DNA of 64,000 nt. Source: an uncultured cyanobacterium (lineage in GTDB: Bacteria > Cyanobacteriota > Cyanobacteriia > Cyanobacteriales > CAWUOF01). Within the stretch, counting starts at the first letter, position 1. Each line of letters opens with the position of its first letter. The translations under genes and the position numbers were made by a program. The stretch is taken from the NCBI GenBank assembly GCA_963744145.1, contig CAVUSO010000001.1, positions 5,600,001 to 5,664,000 on the forward strand. The letters run 5' to 3'. Below are positions 52,496 to 62,354 of the stretch, piece by piece. Below the pieces are notes generated by a model. The model worked only from the letters and a program-made list of their open reading frames with translations. It was not told the DNA's origin and made no database searches.

Positions 52496-54334
52496 ATGAG
52501 TCAAAATCAGATCAGTCCAAATCAGCAAATTAACGCATCTTTTATCAAGTCTGAGACGGTATCTCAAACGACCTATGATGCTGTCATCGTAGGATCGGGA
52601 GTGGCAGGAGCCATTGTTGCCAAAGAATTGAGTCAACAAGGAAAAAAGGTTTTAATCATTGAGGCGACAGAAGGAAAAGGTTTAAATCTGAAGGAATTTC
52701 AAAGTTACATCGACGCATACTACAGTTCGGTAGCTAAAGATGACAACTCCCCGTATCCCAAAAACCCCAATGTTCTAAGCCCCCTTGATTACAATGACTA
52801 TTTTGTCGAGAAGGGTCCTATGCCCCTGGCAGGTTCCTATACGCGGGTCATGGGTGGGACAACCCTCCACTGGGAAGCGAAGACCCCACGGATGCTACCA
52901 GAAGATTTCCAGTTATACACTAAATATAAACAAGGTCGTGACTGGCCAATTGCTTATGACAAGATCATCCCCTACTATAACAAAGCGGAGTATGAAATGG
53001 GGGTTTCTGGGGATGTAGAAGACCAAAAATCACAAGGCATCAAATTTATACCAGAAGACTATGTTTTTCCAATGGAAAAGATGCCTGCCTCTTTCTTGGA
53101 TCAGAAAGTTATTGAAAAAGTTGCTGGGACTGAAGTTAAACTTTATGACGAACCTTATAAATTAAACTTTGGTTCTTTTCCTCAAGCCCGCAACGGCGTA
53201 CCTAATCCTAAGTACGATAAGGGTAACCTCTTTGTTCCCGACGGAGTTACTGGTACTAATCCTGTTCAGTATGGGGAACGTTGCCAAGGAAACAGCAATT
53301 GTGTTCCTATCTGTCCCGTACAAGCCAAATATGATGCTCGTCGAAGTTTAACTAAAGCCTTACACACCGGTCATGTTCATATCCTCGCTAAAGCAGTAGC
53401 TTATCAGATAGAATTCGAGCCTGAAAAAGGTCGAGTCACTGCCATTAAATATAAGCTTTATGAAGACCCTCAATCTCCCAAATACACGACAGGACAAGCC
53501 AAAGGGAAATTATTTGTCTTAGCTAGTGGGGCGATCGAAAACGCTAAGTTGATGCTGGCTTCTGATTTGCCTAACAAAAGCACAATGATCGGGCGGAATT
53601 TAATGGATCACCCTTTCACCTTAGCTTGGGCTTTGATGCCGGAAGTAACTGGCACTCTGCGGGGTCCCCTGGTTACATCAGGAATCACCACATTTCGTGA
53701 CGGTCAATTTCGTAACAAACAATCCGCCTTCGCGGTAGATATTCACAATGATGGTTGGGGATGGGCAACAGGATCGCCTTCCACTAATGAAGTGCTGGAT
53801 GCAGTTGACAAGAAAAATAAATATGGTGCCGATCTGCGCCAGACATTAATTAGTCGGATTTCCCGACAACTACTGCTGGCTTTCATGTGCGAATTACTCC
53901 CCGAACCCAGTAATCGAATAACCATCGATCCAAAGTACAAGGATAAACTGGATAATTATCGTCCTGTTATTAACTTCAACCTACCTGACTACACGATCAG
54001 AACTCTTGCCTACACCAGAAAACTCTCGCGTGTAATCTTTCAGCGTTTGGGAGCGGAAGATTATACCGAATACAGTCCTCAAGACCACGCCTATTTTGAG
54101 TATGAGGGTGAAGGTTATTTTTACCGAGGGGGAAACCACTTTTCCGGAACTCATATCATGGGAACCTCAAGCAGCGACTCAGTTGTTGATGAAAATCTGC
54201 GTTGTTGGGAGCATGATAATCTCTACGCAATTGGCGCGGGGAGTATGCCAAGTATCGGCAGTTCAAATACAACATTGACAATTGCTGCGTTGAGTTTTAA
54301 GGCTGCTGAACATATGCTGAACAGAAAGGATTAA
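52496..54334 (+). CDS. GMC-family FAD sugar dehydrogenase large subunit with a [3Fe-4S] Cys motif
   Basis: DAVIVGSGVAG, GGTTLHW, CQGNSNCVPICP, GRNLMDH, H..GT.IMG and SSNTTLT. Confidence 0.9.
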   Translation: MSQNQISPNQQINASFIKSETVSQTTYDAVIVGSGVAGAIVAKELSQQGKKVLIIEATEGKGLNLKEFQSYIDAYYSSVAKDDNSPYPKNPNVLSPLDYNDYFVEKGPMPLAGSYTRVMGGTTLHWEAKTPRMLPEDFQLYTKYKQGRDWPIAYDKIIPYYNKAEYEMGVSGDVEDQKSQGIKFIPEDYVFPMEKMPASFLDQKVIEKVAGTEVKLYDEPYKLNFGSFPQARNGVPNPKYDKGNLFVPDGVTGTNPVQYGERCQGNSNCVPICPVQAKYDARRSLTKALHTGHVHILAKAVAYQIEFEPEKGRVTAIKYKLYEDPQSPKYTTGQAKGKLFVLASGAIENAKLMLASDLPNKSTMIGRNLMDHPFTLAWALMPEVTGTLRGPLVTSGITTFRDGQFRNKQSAFAVDIHNDGWGWATGSPSTNEVLDAVDKKNKYGADLRQTLISRISRQLLLAFMCELLPEPSNRITIDPKYKDKLDNYRPVINFNLPDYTIRTLAYTRKLSRVIFQRLGAEDYTEYSPQDHAYFEYEGEGYFYRGGNHFSGTHIMGTSSSDSVVDENLRCWEHDNLYAIGAGSMPSIGSSNTTLTIAALSFKAAEHMLNRKD

Positions 54335-54447
54335 CTTAAAAAATAAACTTAAAGAGTTTCACAACTCTTTAAGTTTATAACTCTTTAAGTTGATAACTAC
54401 CGTCATCCACATTAAAGAATTGCCAACACATTACGAGCCAACTTATT

Positions 54448-55536
54448 ATGAGTACAGACGAAAGCTTAAAACTGATTACAACGGTTGAGAAATTGCAGGT
54501 CTATCTCAAAACGGCAATGAAGATAGAACACGCAACTATTCCCCCTTACCTTACAGCTCTTTACTCCCTGAAACCGGGAAAAAATTTAGAGGTTTTTCAT
54601 ATTATCCGGCAGGTGGCTGTAGAAGAAATGCTACACTTGACTCTGGTAGCAAATGTTTTTAATGCCGTGGGAGGAAGTTGGGAAGAAGGGATACTGACGG
54701 CAGATGATTTTATTCCCACATATCCTACCTTTCTCCCTACAGGAGAGACAGACTTTCAAGTAGGTTTATGCAAGTTTTCTAAGGAGACAGTAGCGACTTT
54801 TCGGAAGATTGAACGGTCTGCACATGTTCCCGAACGCAACACATTAGTTGAGTCTCGAGCCAAACAAGAATTTTTGGCTGCTCACGGCTGGGATCAGGTC
54901 AATATCTTCGACACTATTGGCTTATTTTATGCCGAAATAATTCGTGGCCTGTATGCGCTCCATAAAGAAATGGGTGATAAGCTGTTTTGTGGCGAGCGTG
55001 ACCGGCAAATCACCCCGGAATACTACTATAGTGGTGGCGGAGATATCATTACAGTGACGGATATCAATTCAGCCATACGAGCCTTAAAAGTAATTCAAGA
55101 ACAGGGTGAGGGGTCAAGAATCGAAGCGATTTATGACGCAGAACGAGAACTGGGCCATGACTTTCGGTTTGAGCAAATAGAATTAGAGAAATACTATGAA
55201 GTAAATAAGGATGATCCTGAAAAATCCGATCAACCTCATCATCCTACGGGGGAAACATTTACCGTAGATTGGAATGCAGTTTATCCGATCAAAGAGAATG
55301 CCCACCTGCACGATTATCCTGAAGGCTCAGAAGTGTATCAAGCAGCTAAAGATTTCCATGATGGCTACCGTAACTTCCTGCAAGAGATTCAAAACTCTTT
55401 TAATGGAAATCCCCAACTGTTAATTCCCGCGATCGGGGGAATGTTCCGTCTTAAGGAACTAGCCATTTCTCTAATGCGTAATCCTATTCCGGGTAATGAT
55501 GGGCTGAATGCCGCTCCGATCTTCCGTCTAGACTAA
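54448..55536 (+). CDS. Ferritin-like domain protein (VioB/RebD C-terminal type)
   Basis: EHATIPPYLTALYS, EEMLHL, EQGEG and HDFRF motifs. Confidence 0.82.
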   Translation: MSTDESLKLITTVEKLQVYLKTAMKIEHATIPPYLTALYSLKPGKNLEVFHIIRQVAVEEMLHLTLVANVFNAVGGSWEEGILTADDFIPTYPTFLPTGETDFQVGLCKFSKETVATFRKIERSAHVPERNTLVESRAKQEFLAAHGWDQVNIFDTIGLFYAEIIRGLYALHKEMGDKLFCGERDRQITPEYYYSGGGDIITVTDINSAIRALKVIQEQGEGSRIEAIYDAERELGHDFRFEQIELEKYYEVNKDDPEKSDQPHHPTGETFTVDWNAVYPIKENAHLHDYPEGSEVYQAAKDFHDGYRNFLQEIQNSFNGNPQLLIPAIGGMFRLKELAISLMRNPIPGNDGLNAAPIFRLD

Positions 55537-55647
55537 GCAAGATATCGCTCATTAATAGCAAGTATTTGCCTGATGAGCGATGACTTAGTGTTCTAAAACT
55601 GATAATCTACTTGCCGATCTAAATTTATTTATGGAGGTCAACAACGG

Positions 55648-56196
55648 ATGAACACTCAAGCACAGGATACTAAACCAATAGAGCCTATAGATCCTAGAGC
55701 AATGGAGTATTTTCTCGATTTATCAGTGGTCTTAACTGGTTTTTCTAAGTTTCATCTCCAGGGAACCGGACAAGCAGATCTTTACTTTCAAACCATTAAA
55801 GACGTCATTGGTAAAGAGTTGTTTACGGAACTGCTAGAAACCTTTCATAAAATTCATCACCAAGACCAACACACCACCCAAAAACTCAATGAAGAGACGA
55901 TCTTGACTAAAGGACTTCGTTTGGAAATTCTGGGATCTGAAAAATTAGGACCGATCGCCCGCAATATAATCAAGCTTTGGTATCTGGCCACTTGGTTCAA
56001 ACTACCAAAAGATTGGCGAAATGATTTTGGGAATAAAGTAGATGATAAAGACTTTGTTCCCAGTCCAGCAGCCTATCCAGAAGGACTTGTATGGCCGGCG
56101 GTTGGTGTTAGCCCACGAGGCGCGAAACCTTTTGGATATGGGAGTTGGAGCAAAGAACCTTTCAAAGACCCTTTAGTCAGCCTTAATCAAGACTAA
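55648..56196 (+). CDS. FAD sugar/sorbitol dehydrogenase small-subunit-like protein
   Basis: FLDLSVVLTG...IARNIIKLWY...YPEGLVW...GYGSW pattern. Confidence 0.7.
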   Translation: MNTQAQDTKPIEPIDPRAMEYFLDLSVVLTGFSKFHLQGTGQADLYFQTIKDVIGKELFTELLETFHKIHHQDQHTTQKLNEETILTKGLRLEILGSEKLGPIARNIIKLWYLATWFKLPKDWRNDFGNKVDDKDFVPSPAAYPEGLVWPAVGVSPRGAKPFGYGSWSKEPFKDPLVSLNQD

Positions 56197-56270
56197 CACT
56201 GAACTTCTCAACAAAGACCCATTTTTGTTCCTGACCCAATTGCCCAAAATTCCTAATTCTCAGACTGAAT

Positions 56271-56963
56271 ATGAAGATTACATCTTGGTTTCGTAAACTT
56301 TCTACTGTTGCCCTGTCTCTGATCATTAGCTTAACGCTATTTAGTTTGCCCGCTCACGCTTTTGTTACTTCAGATTTGCAGAAGTTGATCGATGCTAATT
56401 TGCAGACGTTGATAAATACTAATGCCTGTAATTCCTGCAATCTATCAGGAGTAAATCTATCTGGGAAAGATTTATATGGCAGCGCACTCAATGATGCCAA
56501 TCTTTCTGGAGCTAATCTTTCCGATGCCCTACTCAATGATGCCAAGCTTAACAGAGCTAATCTGACGGGAGCTAATCTGACGGGAGCTATCTTGATGGGG
56601 ATCAGCTTGTCCGAGGCTGACCTAACGGGGGCTGATCTTTCTAAGGCAAATTTGTATAATGCCTTGATGAGTAAGACCAAGCTGTTAAACACGAATTTTA
56701 ACGGCGCAGATTTAACTAGCGCTATTATCTCTGATGCAGATTTGTCTAATGCTTCGGCGAAAAGTGCCAAATTAAGCGGAGCACGTCTTAATCGTTCCAA
56801 GTTATTGACGGCAGATTTTTCCAATAGTTCCATGAGAAATACCAGGTTGGTAGATGCCAAGCTTGATGGAGCTATTTTCTATGGTGCTGATCTGTTGAAT
56901 TCGACTATGCCTGACGGGACTACTTATAACGGAAAAGTCGTCCAGTTTGGGGCCTATCAGTAA
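56271..56963 (+). CDS. Pentapeptide-repeat protein with signal peptide
   Basis: A(N/D)L(S/T)G repeats; N-terminal signal peptide ending PAHA; CNSCNL motif. Confidence 0.9.
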   Translation: MKITSWFRKLSTVALSLIISLTLFSLPAHAFVTSDLQKLIDANLQTLINTNACNSCNLSGVNLSGKDLYGSALNDANLSGANLSDALLNDAKLNRANLTGANLTGAILMGISLSEADLTGADLSKANLYNALMSKTKLLNTNFNGADLTSAIISDADLSNASAKSAKLSGARLNRSKLLTADFSNSSMRNTRLVDAKLDGAIFYGADLLNSTMPDGTTYNGKVVQFGAYQ

Positions 56964-57133
56964 GAACTGAATCCTTACAGATAATAAAGTTACACGCAGC
57001 GTTAATAAGTTTATGACACCAGCTAGCAATGAGTTTGATGATCAGTTTGATTTAGCTTTTGACTCATTGCTAACTGGTGGATAGTTCTCCTTTGATCACC
57101 GTTCGCTCGATGAGTAATCACTAAGCCATAGCC

Positions 57134-58242
57134 ATGTTGACAAATAATCAGCCCCACATGAATAAATCATCAATTCTCAGGAAAATTAAAGGGATTACTA
57201 TATTATTTCTCTTGGTTTTCCTGGGTATAACTACCTGGGCAGTTCCGGCTACAGACTCAATTCCAATCCCAATTACGATTTAGTACCTTTAGTTTCTTCT
57301 CAACCTACTACTCATAAGTTAAACCCGACATTTAACCAGAAAACAGTCGATTTGGGGATTACACCAACAGGATGGAGCAATGAGGACGATCGCACCATTG
57401 ACCTTAAGCCTCCTATTCCCTATCAACAGATGCTCAGTGAAATGGCTTTAGCTGGATTTGAAGGTTCGCAAAAATCCTATAAGTATCCACAAAACATCAA
57501 GGATTTGAAATACGAGTTAAATCTTCGTAAATTGAGGATTTCTGAACCTTGGGCGAGTACTTATTTCACTTTGCGTGGAAAGGACGATCCAGAGACCTTG
57601 GCAGATTTCCAAAAACAAATGGAATTTATGGAGGCAATGTGTGGGAAAAATATTGTAGTAGCTGAATTGAGTTATGCTGTTCATCAAAAAAACTGGTTAG
57701 ATCCTTTAGTTGCCAGACCAAAGTTTAATGATGCTGAATGGGAAGATTTGCTGGCAGGACTGAACCACCTTGGTCAATTAGCCAAGGACAACAATATGCA
57801 GTTGATTTATCACCCCCATATCGGTACAGGAGTAGAAAATTTAGCTGATATAGATCGCTTGATGAAAGGGACCAACCCGGAATATGTGAATCTGCTTTTG
57901 GATACTGGCCACTTGTACTACGCAGGAGTGGATCCTTTAGAAGTAGCAAAAAAATATTCAGATCGCATCAAGCACGTTCACTTGAAAAATATTCGTCAGT
58001 CAGTTTTAAATGACTCCAAAAAAACTGGTCGTAGCTTTTTAGATTCAATCCGGGCTGGAATATTTACTGTACCGGGAGACCCGGCTGGTGTAATTGATTT
58101 TCACCCGATTCTACAAGAGTTGGCTAACCATGACTATGAGGGATGGTTGATGGTAGAAGCAGAACAAGACCCTAACCAAGGTAATCCTTTACAATACGCT
58201 CTTATAGCTCGTAAATATCTACGAGATGAAATAGGGTTTTAA
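57134..58242 (+). pseudogene. iolE: Myo-inosose-2 dehydratase (IolE)-like enzyme with an out-of-frame N-terminal signal peptide
   Basis: GITPTGWSNED, HPHIGT, DTGH, HVHLK and VEAEQDP; the upstream frame from ATG 57134/57158 reads MNKSSILRKIKGITILFLLVFLGITTWAVPA, then shifts near 57250. Confidence 0.75.
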
Positions 58243-58376
58243 TCCCCTAGTTGGAATTTACTTAAAGACTGAGTAATGAATGGGGAGTAGACGGTATTTA
58301 AAGATAGAAAAGATATCTAGAATTACTGAAAATCTACTTCCCAATTAATTGAGCAATACGCGGAGGTTATCTCAAG

Positions 58377-58772
58377 ATGAGTTACAACGATGAAGATCAA
58401 GAGAAAATTAGAATAGTATTTGAAGAAAAATATTCTAATTGTGTTAGAAACCGCGACCTAGATGGTTACGGAGAACTGTACACAGAAGATGCTCTTTGGA
58501 TGTCACCAAATGTCGCAGATCGGCGCGGAATTCCTGATATCAAAGAAGGCTTTTCATTGCAAATTGCCAATCAAAATATCGATCCAACATTCACTGCTGA
58601 CGAAATCGAAGTTATGGGTGAGACAGGCTATGTTGTTGGTATGTCTGAAGCCAGGATTTCCCCGCTAGATGGCAACCCACCTAAAATTGTCAAATATAGA
58701 GCTTTATGGGTAATGAAAAAAAAGGATGAGACCTGGAAAATAGACCGTCAGATTTGGAATGTAAAACCTTAG
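58377..58772 (+). CDS. NTF2/SnoaL-like (DUF4440-type) protein
   Basis: DLDGYGELYTEDALWM...KYRALWVMKK...WKIDRQIWN; GGAGG RBS. Confidence 0.8.
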   Translation: MSYNDEDQEKIRIVFEEKYSNCVRNRDLDGYGELYTEDALWMSPNVADRRGIPDIKEGFSLQIANQNIDPTFTADEIEVMGETGYVVGMSEARISPLDGNPPKIVKYRALWVMKKKDETWKIDRQIWNVKP

Positions 58773-58850
58773 TCTTACACAAGCAACAAGGATTTTACTT
58801 TCAAACCACCTTGATTATTTAGTCCTAATTATAAACTAAGGAATGGTAAG

Positions 58851-59865
58851 ATGAGCGACCATATGCTCGTTCCTAAAGATATATATCTTAGCTTTTTCAT
58901 GTTCACAACTAATTTGAAACCGGATGACTGTGAGTATAAGAAAGTTGTCATCAAGCACATGAAAGAGCTGAAGAAACTCGGTTATACTGGCTTCGAGTTT
59001 CCGATCGCGCCCCCCGGGATTTACAATTACGCCCAAGAGCTGAAGAATTACATCAAACTGCGTCGTGATATAGACGATGAGGAAGAATTAACTGGTGTAA
59101 AAATTGCGACAAACGTAGGTACAACTCGGACATTAGACCCTAGCTCACCTTACCCAGAGCAAAGACAAGGAGCGTTGGAGTATCTTAAGTCACGGGTTGA
59201 CATCACTGCGGCCCTAGGGGGTGAAATTATGATGGGTCCCCTGATTTTCCCTTACGGTGTTTTTCCAGTTACAGATGGCAATACTCCCATCTGGAGCGAC
59301 GAACTGCAAGACTATCTGGCAGTTCGCTATGAGAATGCTAAACCCATTCTCAATCAGTTAGGTGAATATGCAGAGAGCAAAAAGGTCAAATTGGCGATCG
59401 AACCGATAACTCACTGGGAAACTCCCGGTGTTAATAAGTTATCACAACTACTGGAATTTCTCAAGGGGGTTCACAGTAAACAAGTTGGAGTTGTGATTGA
59501 TAGTGCCCACGAAATCTTGGATGGGGATGGACCGGAAGTTTTTGCTAGACAAGTACAAGAACTTGCCCAGGACGGACGGCTTCATTATGTTCAAGCTTCG
59601 ACCTCCCGATCGCGGTGCCGTTCATACAAGTTGGATTCCTTGGCAGCATATATTTCAACCAATTCTGCAAGTCTATCACGGTCCAATCGCGATCGAGATT
59701 TTCAATGCTATCCCAGCTTTTGCTAACTCCCTTCGTTTGAGTCGCCGTAAGTTTTGGATACCAGGAGAAGATACTCCGAATCAATACCCGAGTGCTTATG
59801 AGATTGCGGAGGAAGCGCTGAAAGTTACTCGTCAAGAATTAAGTCAAATCGCTACCAAACCTTAG
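58851..59865 (+). pseudogene. Sugar isomerase/epimerase (ketose 3-epimerase-like TIM barrel), frameshifted near 59600
   Basis: AIEPITHWET, DSAH and HYVQAS in ORF 58851-59726; continuation PDRGAV...IAIEIF in ORF 59497-59865. Confidence 0.8.
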
Positions 59866-59879
59866 CAATACACATAAAA

Positions 59880-59920
59880 AATAGAACTGTTGTGATAATT
59901 GGAACAGTTCTATTTTTTCT
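59880..59920 (+). terminator. Hairpin/terminator after the epimerase gene
   Basis: atagaactgtt ... aacagttctat followed by a T tract. Confidence 0.6.
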
Positions 59921-59986
59921 GGGCCAAACAGAGCAGGAAATTAATGGCCAGGACGCCGAACTGGAAGTTTCCTCAATCAATATAAG

Positions 59987-60319
59987 TTGATACTCTCAGG
60001 TCTAAAGACCATGAGATTCTTGAATAGTCCAGAGTCTGAACTTCAAAGGCGCGTACAAGACACCTCTACTGATTTCACTTAGGACCAGCCTAAGATCCAC
60101 CGCTACTTTGGTTTTGGATTAACAACTGTCGGGTATTTCGCCAGTACGGGCGTATTGCAATACGCCCCTTCGTTGTTACTCCTATGCTAACGCAACTATT
60201 TCGATAATTAAAGTAATTATCGAAATAATCAGGAAATATTTTCAGGTGGTTAAAACCACTTGGGCCGTTTCCCTCTCAGGTCTAAAGAACCCTAGCTTCG
60301 ACTTACCAGGTTTTTTTTT
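59987..60319 (-). mobile_element. Non-autonomous IS200/IS605 derivative (both ends present, no tnpA or tnpB)
   Basis: Minus strand begins aaaaacctggtaagtc...ctttagacctgagagg and ends aagaatctcatggtctttagacctgagagtatcaa, the typical subterminal hairpin plus TCAA of IS605-type right ends; contains a REP palindrome. Confidence 0.7.
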
Positions 60320-62267
60320 ATGAGCGTCAAAAAACCAATTAGAAATACCATTATATCAGTTTTTTTGATTTTTATCTTAGCTGTAGCTTTTACCCTGTGC
60401 GGGTGGAAATCAGCAATGGCAGATGTCGGGACTCCCGAAACCATGGGAAAATGGGAAACTGTTCCCATCCCTGAATTGCCGTGGATGCAATCAGTTCATA
60501 CCATAGTTTTGCCCGATGGAAAAGTGATGAGTCTTAACGGTAGCAGCTTTCGCAACACCCTAGTTAATGACAATGGGAAAACCTCTTTTGTCGAGGGAGT
60601 TTCAATCGGAAAGTATGAGCTGATTGACAATACTTCACTTTTTGACCCTAAAACTAATAAATTTGAGCGCATTAAGTCTCCACCAGCCATACAAGATGGG
60701 GAGAGCAACGATTTATTTTGCGCTGGTCATTTACAACTAGCCGATGGTAAAATCCTGTTGATCAGTGGAACTGGGCGTTATTATCCCGGGGGAAGATTTA
60801 CAGGTTCCAGGCAAGCCAACCTTTATAATTGGAAAACAGGTAAGTGGTCTGCTTTACCTCAAATGAAGGAGGGACGGTGGTATCCAACTTTAGTGGAACT
60901 ATCTGATGGCAAAATAGTGATTTTTTCGGGTCTAAAAATCAATGCTCCTAACCAAATTAATCCAAGTATTGAAATCTACGACCCTGAAACCGAAAAATTT
61001 CAATATATTGACTTGACAGGAATCGAAGACAGTCCCTTCAATACTAAAATCAGTGATGCCGATGGCTATGATAGTATTGACCTCTATCCTCGGGTCTTCC
61101 CAACTACTGACGGTAGACTTTTGATTACGGGAGATGAAGCGGGAATTGCCAATGTTTTCGTTCAGAATAAAAGCAAGAAAAGCTACTTAATGTCTCTCCA
61201 AAAACAGGCAGATGGTCAATTTTCAGTCAGCTTTGAAGTCGGTCCTGAAAGATTTGAAACTAATAAAGCTTACGGAACTGGTTTACAAGTTCCTAACTCT
61301 GAAGATGTATTATTAATTGGTGGGATGATAGGCACCAATGATATCAACTTTGGTAGAGGGGGTAAGACAGCTAGCTATGCAGAAGGGACTAGGGTATCCC
61401 GTAGTTTACAGCGTTGGGTGGCTCCCAGTCTTAGTAAAGAAAAGAACGGCAAGTGGGAATATGTTCAAACGTTTCTAGACAAACCACGCGCCAATGTTCA
61501 AGCCGTGATTCTGCCGAGTAAAGAAATTTTGGTACTCAATGGTGGTCAATATCCAGAATACCTGCCTGTGTACGAGCCTCTATTGATGACTCCGACTAAA
61601 GATGCGGCGGTTCCAGGAGGCTACAGCACTAAGCCGATGAATCCGGCTAAATTACCTAGACTTTATCATAATGGAGCAGTACCTGCTACCAGATGCTCGT
61701 GTTTTAACGATTGGTGGCAATGGCAATAGAGCGGCAGTGGAAAAAGATGGAAAAATTCGCGTTGATATAGGGCGAGATAATAAAAATAATTTTATCTTAG
61801 CCAAGCTGACGGACAACACAGGCAAGGAGCAGGAATTCTCTCTTCAATCTTATTACGAAGCGCCACAAAGTTATTTCGCTAGGGGCGATAAGGAACCCTT
61901 CGTACCTGCGGAAATTTGGCAACCGGAAATCTTTAGTCCCCCCTATCTATTCAAGCCTGGTGCTCGACCAGAAATTCTCGAGGCTCCTAGCATTATTAAA
62001 TACGGTTTATCGGGCAAGTTATCAGTCAAAGATGCTACTCAAAACGGTTCTTTGGTGCTGGTCAAACCTGGTTCAGTAACACACTCTTTCGATTTTGGAC
62101 AACGCTTGGTTGAATTGAAAATTCAAACTTCAGCCGATCGCGCTGAAATTGAATTTACCGCACCAACCAACGCTAATCTTTACCCACCAGGGTACTACAT
62201 GATGTTCTACCTCAATGACATCGGCAAGCCTTCCCATGCCCAAATGGTGAAGTTAGAAGCTGCTTAA
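60320..62267 (+). pseudogene. Secreted copper-radical oxidase (galactose/glyoxal oxidase, AA5), frameshifted near 61680
   Basis: Signal peptide; cofactor Cys (DLFCAGH), Tyr (RWYPT), Tyr-His (PRLYHNG); the distal His (SVTHSFD) and PPGYYMMF lie in ORF 61671-62267. Confidence 0.85.
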
Positions 62268-62354
62268 AAGTATCATCAAAATTTGTGATCAGTGTTGCTG
62301 AGTAATCCTAACAGCAACACTCTACTTTCAACTATAAAATAAGGACTCAATCCA

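Noticed and set aside
54448..55536. Violacein or indolocarbazole biosynthesis
   Set aside because: Only the ferritin-like domain is present; no tryptophan oxidase or full-length VioB/RebD
56354..56860. 168-aa antisense ORF
   Set aside because: Mirror of the pentapeptide repeats
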